Source: a virus
Lineage: Duplodnaviria; Caudoviricetes
IMG/VR virus record: IMGVR_UViG_3300032136_000007
Span: 1 to 53,030 of that record
Reading direction: 5' to 3' (one strand)
Length of the DNA stretch: 53,030 nucleotides
The notes under the pieces are model-generated. The model saw nothing but the letters and a program-made list of their open reading frames with translations. It was not told the DNA's origin and did not search any database. Position 1 is the stretch's first letter. Every line of letters begins with the position of its first letter. Both the position numbers and the translations under genes were made by a program. Below are positions 35,973-45,674 of the stretch, in pieces.

Positions 35973-36274
35973 CGCACTCTTGTTTCTTGACTGTGAGACG
36001 CAAGCCAGGCGCGTGCGGCCTGGATCGTCTGACGCTGCACCTGCTCAACGATGAGGATGCTGGGGATTTCGGCGGCGTGGTAGGGCCAACGAAAGCGCAC
36101 ATCTTTGCGGGTGAGAGCCAGACAGTTCAGACGGTCGATGCGAGCTTTGCTGCGCAGCCGATAGGTGCGGGGGCGCAGGATCGAATTCTGCTGTCGGATG
36201 AAGGTCACCCGCGTCGGCAGATGGGTGCTCGGACTGGGCGAGTGATAGATGATTGTGCGGATGGGCATCTTCAT
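35969..36274 (-). CDS. Basic hypothetical protein
   Basis: ATGA overlaps within the operon. Confidence 0.5.
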   Translation of the reverse strand: MKMPIRTIIYHSPSPSTHLPTRVTFIRQQNSILRPRTYRLRSKARIDRLNCLALTRKDVRFRWPYHAAEIPSILIVEQVQRQTIQAARAWLASHSQETRVR

Positions 36275-36549
36275 GCTGGACACTCGCTCAGCACGGCGGG
36301 CGACAGGTGGGCGGGCACGCCATTGCGCTCTTTGGGGACAAGACAAGTTTGGCCTTCCAGCCGCTCGTTGGTCCCATAGACAAACTCGAACGTGTGCATG
36401 TAGCACCACACGCCCCGGCCAGGGGTTTTGACGCCAGGTTTGCCACAGGCTGGGCAGACCTCAACCGGCTGCGTGTTCAGGTACAGATCCCCCGGTTTGT
36501 AGTTGCCGGGGATCTGGACGGTGATGGATGAAACCAGACTACCGCTCAC
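36271..36549 (-). CDS. Small zinc-finger-like protein
   Basis: CPACG...H...C; overlapping start/stop. Confidence 0.55.
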   Translation of the reverse strand: MSGSLVSSITVQIPGNYKPGDLYLNTQPVEVCPACGKPGVKTPGRGVWCYMHTFEFVYGTNERLEGQTCLVPKERNGVPAHLSPAVLSECPA

Positions 36550-37643
36550 GATTCACGCTCCTTGGCGATCTCTTTGCGAATGCCTGCCGTGAGTCGACCT
36601 ATCTCTTTGATGGTCAGCTGGGCGATGTCCTGGGTTGTGCCAGTGCTGATGCTATCCGCCAGTTTGCGCTGTTTTTCGGGCCAGCCATCCCCGTAGTGCT
36701 GCCGTCCGACCGTATTCAACTCGGCAAGCGCCTTTCCCTTGGGCGTGAGAACCGGTTGCGGGCTTGCTTCTGATTGTTCAGATTCTGGTTCCTCGGGATG
36801 GCTGTACGGATCGGGGGACAGAGGGTCGTAGGGCTCGCCGTTCTCATCGTAGAGTTGGGGAAGGGCGGGGCGGTCCATGTCCAGGGTGTCGCCCTCCCAC
36901 TCGTCTACGATTTCGCCGTCCTCTGTGACGGTGCGCCCATCCACCAGTAGGCGGTCACCGGGCAGTTGCAGCGCCCGCTGGCGCATACCGGCCAACTGTA
37001 GCCGGACCCACTGGGGATCCGGTTCGATGAACAGCAGCCACTTCTCGAAGCGACGACGTCCACCGTCATCGGTTGGGGTGCTGATCATCTTGGGGCGGCG
37101 GCTCAACACGAAGGGAACGCCTTGCAAGTTGCCACGTATGGCGTAGACGGCGTTGAGGTTGGCCGAAAGCTCCATGATGTCGTTGATGCTGCCGGTGAGG
37201 ACGGTCACATAGGCAAAGCGGCGCAGCTCGGGGATGATGATGGAGAGGCGTCCGATAGGTTTACATCCTGGCTCCTTGCGGGTGCGTTCCTTTTCCCCGG
37301 TGGCATAGGGACAGGGGTGAGGCTCGGTGCTGTAGGCGCCATTTGCTGTCATGTGGAGAGACATAGTTTCGCCGTCGCAGCGATGGACCAGACCTCCGGC
37401 TCGATACTCTTCTTGCCATGCCGGGAAGTTTTCGTCCGGGGTGGAGTAGGGCAGATAGCAGTTGATGCTCTGCGGTTGCGCGCCGTAGGCGTCTAGGAAG
37501 TCGGCGGCGGCTTGGGCGTCGTCGGTGTCGAACCGGAAGTAAGTCAGATCTTTGCCCGGCGACTTCTCGCCCTTGGGCGCACCCTTGCGCAGCGTGCCGA
37601 TGCGGGGAAAGCTGGCCTCGGTAGCCAGTCGTTTGATAGGCAT
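36546..37643 (-). CDS. Gp3-like / recombination directionality factor-like protein
   Basis: MPIK.L....FPRIG.LRKG...KDL.YFRF, HRCDGE, CP...CKP.GRL..IIPEL, T.SIN, L.GVPF.L.R pattern. Confidence 0.75.
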   Translation of the reverse strand: MPIKRLATEASFPRIGTLRKGAPKGEKSPGKDLTYFRFDTDDAQAAADFLDAYGAQPQSINCYLPYSTPDENFPAWQEEYRAGGLVHRCDGETMSLHMTANGAYSTEPHPCPYATGEKERTRKEPGCKPIGRLSIIIPELRRFAYVTVLTGSINDIMELSANLNAVYAIRGNLQGVPFVLSRRPKMISTPTDDGGRRRFEKWLLFIEPDPQWVRLQLAGMRQRALQLPGDRLLVDGRTVTEDGEIVDEWEGDTLDMDRPALPQLYDENGEPYDPLSPDPYSHPEEPESEQSEASPQPVLTPKGKALAELNTVGRQHYGDGWPEKQRKLADSISTGTTQDIAQLTIKEIGRLTAGIRKEIAKERES

Positions 37644-37645
37644 GT

Positions 37646-37924
37646 CTATTCTGCTCCTTCGTATTCGGTGATGACCTGCCGCACGGTGACGGGCAGGCCC
37701 ATGAAGATGCTCTGTGTCCGGGCTTCGTTCTTGGTGACCAGGGGCAGGGCCTGGGCCTTGACGTTATTCTTGGCCATGTCCCACAGGGCGGTCATGGCCG
37801 CCGCCTCATCCTCGCCCTCTTCCAGGTCGGCCCAGAGGGTACAGTCGATGGTAGCGCTGTTGTAGTCGCCCAGGTTGAATTTGCGTCCGTAGGTGACTGA
37901 CACGGTTTTGAGTTTCATGCTCAA
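37646..37924 (-). CDS. Hypothetical protein
   Basis: VSVTYGRKFNLGDYNS motif common in phage early proteins; AAAGGA RBS. Confidence 0.65.
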   Translation of the reverse strand: MSMKLKTVSVTYGRKFNLGDYNSATIDCTLWADLEEGEDEAAAMTALWDMAKNNVKAQALPLVTKNEARTQSIFMGLPVTVRQVITEYEGAE

Positions 37925-37978
37925 TCCTTTCGGTTATTGCATTTCAAAATTGGTCGTCTTGATTCTGGACGTTCAGAT

Positions 37979-38242
37979 TCAACAGCCGATGACCCGATCC
38001 CCGTAGGCGTTGTAGGTGGGCATGTCGGCTTCGGCTTCCGCATTCAGGGCGTCCGTCCACCCCTGGCGCCCTTTCTCGTTCTGGCAGGCACAGTAGGGTT
38101 CGCCTCGGTCGTACAGGGTCATCCCGGTCAAGTATGCCTTGAACGCCTGGCCGAACGGGGTAAGCGGCTGATCCTCAGTCGTGACCGGGTCCGGCTCCGC
38201 CACGATCCAGGGGGTGAGTGTCGTCTGATTCTGTGGTATCAT
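37979..38242 (-). CDS. Hypothetical protein
   Basis: First gene behind the leftward promoter; AGAAAGGA RBS. Confidence 0.65.
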   Translation of the reverse strand: MIPQNQTTLTPWIVAEPDPVTTEDQPLTPFGQAFKAYLTGMTLYDRGEPYCACQNEKGRQGWTDALNAEAEADMPTYNAYGDRVIGC

Positions 38243-38280
38243 GATCTGGAATCCTTTCTTGGTGAGAGTGATTCGATTGG

Positions 38281-38314
38281 CCCCGGATGGTGTTCCCGCA
38301 CCGTCCGGGGTTTT
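38281..38314. terminator. GC-rich hairpin in the leftward leader (terminator-like on +)
   Basis: CCCCGGATGGTG-TTCCCG-CACCGTCCGGGG-TTTT. Confidence 0.6.
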
Positions 38315-38335
38315 GTGTTTCGGTGTTACAATACG

Positions 38336-38444
38336 ATTATATAACGATTTATCTTTATTGTCAAAAGAAAGATTGTGTTATATCAATATTGACTTTTATA
38401 CGACAAAGATATAACTTGACTTTGCATACAAGGGGTGATAGACT
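38336..38444. promoter_or_regulatory. Divergent promoter pair (immunity region) with operator boxes
   Basis: Leftward TTGACA (38364-38359)-17-TATAAT (38341-38336); rightward TTGACT (38416-38421)-17-TAGACT (38439-38444); AAAGATA boxes at 38346-38358 (-) and 38403-38415 (+). Confidence 0.85.
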
Positions 38445-38498
38445 ATGTCTGTCGGAGTTAACCAGCAAAGTTTGATGTGATGAAAGAGGGGTAAGCGA

Positions 38499-38816
38499 AT
38501 GGCAGAAATGGGATTGTTGGCGTTTGAGGCTATGGTCCAGCGAGGCAATGTGGCAATTCGGGTGAACGAGGCTCGGCTTGCCGCCTATCGGGAGCTGGCC
38601 GGGATCTCGTCATGGAAAGACTTGTCCGAGGTATGTGGTCTGACGGTGGAGACCATCAAGCAGGCCCGCTATGGCAGCAACTTCACCGTGGAGACCTGGA
38701 TGCGCCTGGCCTATGGGGTGGCCCGACATCCGCTGGACATTGTGGATATCATATGGCCGGAGGAACTCAGCCCAAAAGCTACAGCCCCGACCGAGGCTGA
38801 GTTGGCATACGCCTAG
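38499..38816 (+). CDS. HTH (Cro/CI-like) transcriptional regulator, probable repressor
   Basis: GISSWKDLSEVCGLTVETIKQARYG...FTVETW.RLA HTH; divergent from the early operon and next to attP/int. Confidence 0.7.
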   Translation: MAEMGLLAFEAMVQRGNVAIRVNEARLAAYRELAGISSWKDLSEVCGLTVETIKQARYGSNFTVETWMRLAYGVARHPLDIVDIIWPEELSPKATAPTEAELAYA

Positions 38817-38985
38817 GATCGGGGCTGAGCGGGCAACAAAAAAGCCCGCCTCCCCGATTCAGGAAAGACGAGCTCTTTTGCCGAAGATCACCTGGCTTGC
38901 TTGGCGGCGTGGACAGGTGATCATTGTAACCCACTGGGAGTTACGTATGGTTTTCGCATGGAACCGAACCAGGGTTCAATTCTAT

Positions 38986-39035
<50 letters not shown>

Positions 39036-39081
39036 TGAATCTTCTGTTTGCTTTCTCTCCTTCCTTGCCCCGACCAGCTTG

Positions 39082-40146
39082 CTACCATTCCGGAATGTGG
39101 ATGTGCTCAACCGGCGATGTGTAGTGCCGCGCCAGTCGGCTCAGCAGCTTGGCAGGATTGCGCAGATCCAGGTAATGCGTTGCCGTGGTGTCATCGCTAG
39201 GGATAGCGTGACCCAACTGCAAGCGCAGCATGAGCAATCCCATACCGCTATCTTCCGGTTGGTGATCGATCCACCAGTCACTGAATGTGCGACGAAAGTC
39301 GTGTGCCGAAACCGCAAAGCCAACCCTACTGGCCAGGGTGCGAATTCGGTTCTTGATGGCCGTGTCCGTGATGCCCAAAAGCCGTTCTTCCTGGGCATCA
39401 GCATTGGCGACCAGATGCAGCTTGAGCAGGAATCCGGTCGTCTGACCAAACACAACACGCCGTCCCCTTCCTCTCCCCTCTGCATCGTACTTGACTTTGT
39501 GCAGGTGCAGACTCCCGGTCATATCCCTGGCAAATGTTATCTCAGATTTGAGGGCTTCGGCAGCCTCAAACTGGCGACAGCCGGTCCCCAAAAGCAAAGC
39601 AAGCATGGCTTGATCTCGAACCCGCAATACACCGGAACAGGCATCGAACAGGGTTTGACACTGTTCGAGGGCCAGGTAGCGCTGTTTAGGCTCTGGCGGC
39701 GGGGGCAGTGGCATCCACGAAGAGATGTCGATGGGCAGGCGTTGAGAAGTATACAGCCAGCGCAGGAACATGCGGACGCGTGTGGCCGTGGAGTGGATGG
39801 TGGCCAGGGCTGGAGGCTTACCCCGGCTGGTGCGGTAGTCGCGCATCAACCAGCTATAGCAGGCCTGCAAGGCATCCTGGGTCAGCGTGTAGCGATGTGA
39901 GGGTCCGTAGTGGCTCCACCATTGCAGGAATGGAGCCAAATGATGTCCGTAGTTGATAGTGGTTTGTTCTGCTTTGGTTGTGCGGATGTGATCGAGATAG
40001 ACAGTGACCAGATCCGCTAACAGCGCAGCGTCAATGGGAGGTGTTGTTCCCTCCCAGGCGATAGAAAGCACACTTGTCTCCTTGTTTGTGGCTGGGGTTG
40101 GGGACGGAGCCAAGGAAATAGTGTGCGCGGAATTGATAGATAACAC
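39082..40146 (-). CDS. int: Tyrosine integrase (probable start GTG 40071)
   Basis: LLGTGCR (R), HDFRR (HxxR), LGH, TTATHY (Y); N-terminal core-binding region. Confidence 0.92.
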   Translation of the reverse strand: MLSINSAHTISLAPSPTPATNKETSVLSIAWEGTTPPIDAALLADLVTVYLDHIRTTKAEQTTINYGHHLAPFLQWWSHYGPSHRYTLTQDALQACYSWLMRDYRTSRGKPPALATIHSTATRVRMFLRWLYTSQRLPIDISSWMPLPPPPEPKQRYLALEQCQTLFDACSGVLRVRDQAMLALLLGTGCRQFEAAEALKSEITFARDMTGSLHLHKVKYDAEGRGRGRRVVFGQTTGFLLKLHLVANADAQEERLLGITDTAIKNRIRTLASRVGFAVSAHDFRRTFSDWWIDHQPEDSGMGLLMLRLQLGHAIPSDDTTATHYLDLRNPAKLLSRLARHYTSPVEHIHIPEW

Positions 40147-40191
40147 AAGTGCACCCCTTTCTATGAGTCCTTTCTAGTATACGGAGGAAAG

Positions 40192-40509
40192 ATGCAAATT
40201 GACCGCAAACTGACCCGAAATTACCTAGCATTGGTGATCTTTGGGATGGCCTACAACCGGCTGGCCGCTTACCTAGGGCGCAGATATGGCGACCATGGCT
40301 ATACCGCATGGCTGGTGGTCGTTGGCGTAGCCGTGACCATATTGGGCGCTCTGCCGCAGATTGGACTACGGGCTGGGCTACATTTGCTCCTGGCCTTCAT
40401 CGCCAGTGGCACACCGATGATTGCTGGGGACGTACTACGGCACCTACAGGATGAATCGGACGTGGCTTGGCTTGTGGACGAGATCCGCAATGGCAACCTA
40501 CCGTCCTGA
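40192..40509 (+). CDS. Small membrane protein (about 3 TM)
   Basis: GGAGG RBS; three hydrophobic segments. Confidence 0.7.
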   Translation: MQIDRKLTRNYLALVIFGMAYNRLAAYLGRRYGDHGYTAWLVVVGVAVTILGALPQIGLRAGLHLLLAFIASGTPMIAGDVLRHLQDESDVAWLVDEIRNGNLPS

Positions 40510-40873
40510 ACCGGGCGGCTACAAAGACGCCGGGCTAGTACGCACCTGCATAAAGACCAACAGTGAGATCCATCGCATGGTCAAGCTACAGATGGACGAG
40601 TATCCCACCGCACGCAGTCGGCAACTACTGGTGGCTGCTATGTCCTTATTGACCCATCAGCACGGATGGCTAAACAAAATGCTAGACGACATCACCATCA
40701 TGCCGGATGAGCCAATTCGAGTGAATGAGTTGCTGAACCAGATCAATCTTTGGCTACTGAATGCACGCCCTACCCCGAGGGCATTGGTCTACTTGAGTGG
40801 GACAGCCTTTGAACTGCGAACACAAGCTGAAGCCTTGCTCAGCCTGAAGACAATTCGAGGACAGCATGAGTGA
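40490..40873 (+). CDS. Hypothetical protein
   Basis: Overlaps both neighbours. Confidence 0.55.
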   Translation: MATYRPEPGGYKDAGLVRTCIKTNSEIHRMVKLQMDEYPTARSRQLLVAAMSLLTHQHGWLNKMLDDITIMPDEPIRVNELLNQINLWLLNARPTPRALVYLSGTAFELRTQAEALLSLKTIRGQHE

Positions 40874-42170
40874 CTTCATCCCGAACAGTACACAGATGCC
40901 CAATCTCTACCTGGACCGACTCCTGGCCTTGTTGAGCGGAAATGAGTGGAAGGTTGTCAGCTACATGGCTCGCCGCCTCTTTGGGTTCCAAAAGCGCCGG
41001 GATCGGATTTCCATTGGCCAGATATGCAATGGGGTGAAGAACCGCAAGACCGGCCAGCAACTGGACTACGGAACAGGTCTCAATAACGCCACGGTGCTGC
41101 GGGCCTTGGCCGAGTTGGAGACGTACGGGATCGCTCGTCAGTCCGCACCCGCAGATAAGGCAAAGAACATCGCTACGGAGTGGGAGCTGCAACTGAATAG
41201 CGACCAAGTGGATTGGGCCGGTCTGGAAGCACGACAGGAGGCGGGGAAAAAGAGGACCCGAAAGCGGACAAAAGCTGGACGAAAAGCGGCGAACGAAGGA
41301 CCTGGTCCATCCAATAGACCAGGGGCAAATGAAGAACCTGGTCTATCCAATAGACCAGGTCACCTGGTCCATCCAATAGACCAGGTTGATGCCAAACCTA
41401 GTCCATCCAATAGACCACCCCTGGTCCATCCAATAGACGGACAAAAGAAAGGGGAAACAAAGATAGATGGTGATGGTATATCCCAAGAAGAGAATCGCCC
41501 GTTTAATCCGCCAAAGATTCGGGGCAAGGCAGAACGGTATTCAGCGTTGCGAGCTGAGCCGGAGTTGAGAGATCGGGCACAAGTTGCGATGCAGCTGCTA
41601 GGCGTCACGCATTTTGGGAAGATGTTCTCCAAGCGGAAAGAGGCTACTGGACGCAAGATCTTGACCGATCAGGACTGGCAAGAGATCTTGGACTGGTGTG
41701 CTTACTACGAGGGCCGGGTTAGCACCGGGAAAATTCAGATGGATGATGTCGCTCGCCTCCTAGTTGCCAACATTCGAGACGCAGATCCGGTGCCGATTCA
41801 GCGAGAGGCAATACAGATGGCAAACGGCTGGGCCAATCATGTCAGACATGACAGTAATACAGACGGCATGATTCTGGACAATGAGGAAGATGTCGACGAT
41901 GTGGATGATGGGCAGTCGGAACAGGGGGGGATCTGGGGAGAGGCGATGCGGACGCTACGTAGGTCCATGACTCGCCATACATATGCCATCATTCGAGGGG
42001 CGACACTGGTGGAGCAGGGCGAAGGGCGATTGATCGTATCAGTGACAAGCCCAGAAGCGCTTCAGAAGCTGCACGCCATACGGCAGAATGTGGAGAGCGT
42101 TGTGTCACGTATTGCACAACAGCGCATGGATGTTGAGTTTCGAATTGGAGAGCATCGTGGGCAAGCATAG
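40866..42170 (+). CDS. Replication initiator (lambda O-like N-terminus, DnaA N-terminal-like C-terminus)
   Basis: PNSTQMPN.YLD.LL..LSG.EWKV..Y.AR..FGF.K..D.IS; internal iterons; C-terminal IWGEAM..LR..M....Y...I domain. Confidence 0.82.
   Translation: MSDFIPNSTQMPNLYLDRLLALLSGNEWKVVSYMARRLFGFQKRRDRISIGQICNGVKNRKTGQQLDYGTGLNNATVLRALAELETYGIARQSAPADKAKNIATEWELQLNSDQVDWAGLEARQEAGKKRTRKRTKAGRKAANEGPGPSNRPGANEEPGLSNRPGHLVHPIDQVDAKPSPSNRPPLVHPIDGQKKGETKIDGDGISQEENRPFNPPKIRGKAERYSALRAEPELRDRAQVAMQLLGVTHFGKMFSKRKEATGRKILTDQDWQEILDWCAYYEGRVSTGKIQMDDVARLLVANIRDADPVPIQREAIQMANGWANHVRHDSNTDGMILDNEEDVDDVDDGQSEQGGIWGEAMRTLRRSMTRHTYAIIRGATLVEQGEGRLIVSVTSPEALQKLHAIRQNVESVVSRIAQQRMDVEFRIGEHRGQA
41301..41438. 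repeat. Five palindromic iterons, putative replication origin
   Basis: CCT(G/A)GTC(C/T)ATCCAATAGAC at 41301, 41337, 41363, 41397 and 41420. Confidence 0.88.
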
Positions 42171-42639
42171 TTCAGGGTGGATCGCTCGCAAAGCCGGGCA
42201 GCAGTGGGAAGATGCATTGGAAGTCTATCATCAATGGCTAGGTGCCCAGGGCCTAGCCGTGGTCCACAAGACTGGTCCTCAGATTGTGTTCGTCAAGCAG
42301 CGGGGACAGGTGGGTCCCCGGGTGACGGGGCCGGGGCCAGCCGATTACGTGGGCGTGCTCAACTCCGGTGTGTTCGTGGGCTTTGAGGCCAAATCGACTA
42401 GCAGCACGTCGGGCTACTCTATCCCAGCCAAGGCCATGCACCAGCTGCATTGGCTCAATGACATTCGCTCCACGACTGGGGGCTGGGCCAAGGTCTTTTA
42501 CATCGTCCGCTATCGCAAGTTGGATGAAACCTGCATTCACCGAGTCCAGGACATCTTCCCCGGCTCTCGCATTCGCCGGCCCCAGGGGATACTCGTCCCG
42601 GACGGAATCAGTTGGCTAGATGTGCTGAATCGACTGTAG
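42157..42639 (+). CDS. RecU-like Holliday junction resolvase
   Basis: G..WE..L, AVVHK, ADYVG, GFEAKST, HQL..L. Confidence 0.8.
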   Translation: MGKHSSGWIARKAGQQWEDALEVYHQWLGAQGLAVVHKTGPQIVFVKQRGQVGPRVTGPGPADYVGVLNSGVFVGFEAKSTSSTSGYSIPAKAMHQLHWLNDIRSTTGGWAKVFYIVRYRKLDETCIHRVQDIFPGSRIRRPQGILVPDGISWLDVLNRL

Positions 42640-42677
42640 TTCTAAATTCTCTATTCACAGAAAGAAAGGGACCGATC

Positions 42678-43460
42678 ATGTATCACATTGCATTTGCCCT
42701 GTTGGGCGGGGGGACTGGGAAGAGCACCTCCGCCGTCAACGTGGGCCACGCTCTTGCCATGCAGGGCTTGCGTACCCTGATCGTGGACGCTGACCGACAG
42801 GGACAGTGCGCCGTGTTCCTGGGGCGCAACCCGGAGCCTGGGATCCACCAGTGGCTTGGCGGGAACCTCATGGGGCTCAAGGAGCCGTTGGAGAACATCG
42901 TGCGGCAGACGGGCCGGGGGCAATTGGACCTGCTGCCGGGCAGCCAGCAGACCGAAATGCTGCAACGCATGTTGGTGGCCTTCGATAGCCCTCCCCGCTG
43001 GCTCAAAGATCAGCTGGAGGCCGACCGGGAGTTCTTCGCCCATTATGACGTGGTGGTGTGGGACACGGCTCCCACGGGGCGGCTGCTGGACATGGTGCTG
43101 CATCTGGCTGACATCGCCGTGCTGCCGGTGCCGGCAGATCTCAAAGGTCAATCCAGCCTGGCCGACACGCTGGCCATCTTGCCGGCCAGCACAGAGCGCA
43201 TCGTCCTGCCGACACGGGTGCCCACTGCGCAGCGGGTGTCTACCGACTTTCTGCGGGGCTATCAGGTGGACTATCCAGGGACCATGTACACCGACGATGA
43301 GGGCAAGGCGCTCTATGTTCCGGAGCGGGCATCGGTGCGTACATCCCAGGCGTTGGGCCAGACCATTTTCGAGTATGGTCCCAACTCGGACGTGGCGGAG
43401 GTCTACCGGCGATTGGCCTACTATCTTGGCCTGCGGGCGTATCAGGCGGTGCGGGCATGA
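42678..43460 (+). CDS. parA: ParA-family ATPase
   Basis: GGGTGKSTSAVN, LIVDADRQG, LDLLPG, YDVVVWDTAP, IFEYGPNS. Confidence 0.88.
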   Translation: MYHIAFALLGGGTGKSTSAVNVGHALAMQGLRTLIVDADRQGQCAVFLGRNPEPGIHQWLGGNLMGLKEPLENIVRQTGRGQLDLLPGSQQTEMLQRMLVAFDSPPRWLKDQLEADREFFAHYDVVVWDTAPTGRLLDMVLHLADIAVLPVPADLKGQSSLADTLAILPASTERIVLPTRVPTAQRVSTDFLRGYQVDYPGTMYTDDEGKALYVPERASVRTSQALGQTIFEYGPNSDVAEVYRRLAYYLGLRAYQAVRA

Positions 43461-44167
43461 GCAGTCTATATCGTACTCGACCAGGACAAGGGCAAGGGCG
43501 GACTGCCGTGGTTGACAGTGTGACCGACCAGACTGACGCCCTGCTCTATGACTATAGCCAGATTGACAATCTAGCGACCCGAACCCTCGCTCAGCAAGCC
43601 GCCAGCCAGATTCGCCCCATCCTACGGCGCACAGTGGTCAACGCCTGGACGGTCGGGGATATCTGCAACCGGGTCAAGGCGCAACTGCCTCATGGTCAAT
43701 TTCTGGAATGGGCCAAGGCAGAGTTTGACCCGGATGATCCAGCCTACCGGGGCATCCGCATCAGTATCCGGTCCCTGCAACGATGGATGAATCTGGCCGA
43801 CCAGATCGCCTTGCCCGTGGTGCAGTCGTCCGGTATGAGTCTGGCCGGGCTACTGGAGACGACCGCTCCCTCCACGCCAGAAGAAGTGCGAGAGCAGGTA
43901 TTGGAGGCGGCCCAGGCGGGTAATCCGCCCACCAAGGCCCAGGTCAAAAAGATGAAGAGCGCCCAAGAAACTGAAGAGTCAGGTGGAAGCCAAAAGGACC
44001 GGAGTGCGATGGATGCATCCGAACTGGTGACCATCACGTTACGGCGGGATCTGGCATGGCAATTGTTGGCCTATCTGCAGGGTGACACGGCTCTGGACTT
44101 CGTTGATGAACGAGCCATCACACGGGTGTTGCTAGCCGTGTTGGACGACGAGTTTAAGGAGGAATGA
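43457..44167 (+). CDS. DUF3102-like protein
   Basis: VG.I...VK..LPHGQFLEW...EF...S.RS.QRWM.LA; coupled to parA. Confidence 0.7.
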   Translation: MSSLYRTRPGQGQGRTAVVDSVTDQTDALLYDYSQIDNLATRTLAQQAASQIRPILRRTVVNAWTVGDICNRVKAQLPHGQFLEWAKAEFDPDDPAYRGIRISIRSLQRWMNLADQIALPVVQSSGMSLAGLLETTAPSTPEEVREQVLEAAQAGNPPTKAQVKKMKSAQETEESGGSQKDRSAMDASELVTITLRRDLAWQLLAYLQGDTALDFVDERAITRVLLAVLDDEFKEE

Positions 44168-44168
44168 T

Positions 44169-44696
44169 ATGTGGCGTAACCGTAACGAAACAGTCGCAAT
44201 TGCGGTGCTGATCCTGGTAACGCTTGTTGCCCTGGCGCTGATGCTGACGTTTCCGGTGGATGCACAGGCCGGGGAGCCGGGGGGACTGACCGAGGACCAA
44301 CTGTATGCGGCCCAGGTTGCAGCAGGGGAAGCACCGGCCTCGCTGATGGGGGAGGGGGCTTACACGTTTCTGCTTTGCACCATCGAGAACCGGGTCAACA
44401 GTCCCCGCTTCCCGGACACGTTCCGGGGAGTGGTGGAACATGGCTTCTACGCCCCGCCGAGAACCCTGACATGGATGGAGCATCAGATCGCTGCCCTGTA
44501 CTGGACTGACACATCGGGGTTGTACGACTGCGTAGGTGTTGAGGATGTGTTCTATGTCATCAGCGAACAAGACCGGCAGCGCTTGGGCTTTCCGGAGGGC
44601 GACTTCTGGTTTGGCCGAGAGCTGCCCAGCGGCTACTTGCTGGCCTTGCACTTCTACCGGGACTGGCCGCGACCGGAAAGGGATGAGAAACCGTGA
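44169..44696 (+). CDS. SleB-like cell wall hydrolase with signal peptide
   Basis: N-terminal TM/signal ending AQA; VAAGEA (catalytic Glu), IENRVNSPRFPDTFRGVV. Confidence 0.75.
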   Translation: MWRNRNETVAIAVLILVTLVALALMLTFPVDAQAGEPGGLTEDQLYAAQVAAGEAPASLMGEGAYTFLLCTIENRVNSPRFPDTFRGVVEHGFYAPPRTLTWMEHQIAALYWTDTSGLYDCVGVEDVFYVISEQDRQRLGFPEGDFWFGRELPSGYLLALHFYRDWPRPERDEKP

Positions 44697-44911
44697 TCAG
44701 CAAAGCGAGACAAGCCTACCTGGACAAGATGTCAGAGCGCATGTGGATTCGTTATTTGGACACCGGAACTTTGGCCTACTTACCTCGCTATCGGGCTGAG
44801 TGGCTGATCGCTTATAGCGTGGCCGTTCCACATCTGTCCGTAGTGCCACCATCGCAATGCAGAATCATTGGAGGCGAGGATGAACGGGGAGAAACCGATA
44901 GCCTGGTCTGA
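44693..44911 (+). CDS. Hypothetical protein
   Basis: GTGA overlap with the upstream gene. Confidence 0.45.
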   Translation: MISKARQAYLDKMSERMWIRYLDTGTLAYLPRYRAEWLIAYSVAVPHLSVVPPSQCRIIGGEDERGETDSLV

Positions 44912-45152
44912 GGAACAAACAGCGCACATTTTGGAAGCCCTGGACCGGATGATTGCCGAGGGCGAATGGGCCAGAGAAGTTCGGGATCTGTTGACGGGGC
45001 AGCAACGGCGCAAACCGCAGATGGGCAAGGTCGTTGTGCCCGGCCCTGTGCCCGAGCAGGGCGGCGGTGCGGAGAATGAAGTACAGGTGCAGTATCAATA
45101 CAACCATCAGATGTACACCAAGCAAATCAAACCACAGGAGAACAAGCCATGA
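44868..45152 (+). CDS. Hypothetical protein
   Basis: Operon continuity, GAGG RBS. Confidence 0.5.
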   Translation: MEARMNGEKPIAWSEEQTAHILEALDRMIAEGEWAREVRDLLTGQQRRKPQMGKVVVPGPVPEQGGGAENEVQVQYQYNHQMYTKQIKPQENKP

Positions 45153-45505
45153 CAACCCAACGCAGCATTTTCGTGTATCCCGACCCGGCCACCGTCGATG
45201 TGGACGAGGCTACCTTGACCCCGTTTCAGTTGGTCCTGTTCATCTTGGCCCTATACCTGCGGGCCGACACATCCCAGGTGCAGCCGGACCAACTGCTCAC
45301 CGACGAGGGGAGCATCTTCCCGGCCAGACTGGAAGATGGCACCCCCTGGCAAGCGTTCGTGCGCATCAAGGAGGACCGGGTACAGGTGGGGAGGGTGAGA
45401 GAGCCGGGCGAGGCATTCGACAACTTGATGCTGTGGGAGGCATCGCAAGCCCAAGAGCAGATTGCCCACATCGAGCCTACTGCCCTGCTGCCGGTTCCAG
45501 CCTGA
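45149..45505 (+). CDS. Hypothetical protein
   Basis: AGGAG RBS, ATGA overlap. Confidence 0.6.
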   Translation: MTTQRSIFVYPDPATVDVDEATLTPFQLVLFILALYLRADTSQVQPDQLLTDEGSIFPARLEDGTPWQAFVRIKEDRVQVGRVREPGEAFDNLMLWEASQAQEQIAHIEPTALLPVPA

Positions 45506-45674
45506 TCCATGGATAGCAGTACGCAAGATTGACAGGCCCACAACGTAGACGGTCCACGGTCGCCAACCTGCCCGGTGCGACCGTGGACCTAGGGACGGGT
45601 GTCCCGGCCACATTGTACCAGCTGGGGCACCCTTTGAAAATTCTGAATAAATAGATTTTAGGACGGGTATCCCC

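Noticed and set aside
41301-41438. Palindromic repeats as a CRISPR array
   Set aside because: Spacers are only about 2-13 nt, the repeats lie inside the initiator ORF and no cas genes are present; iterons fit better.
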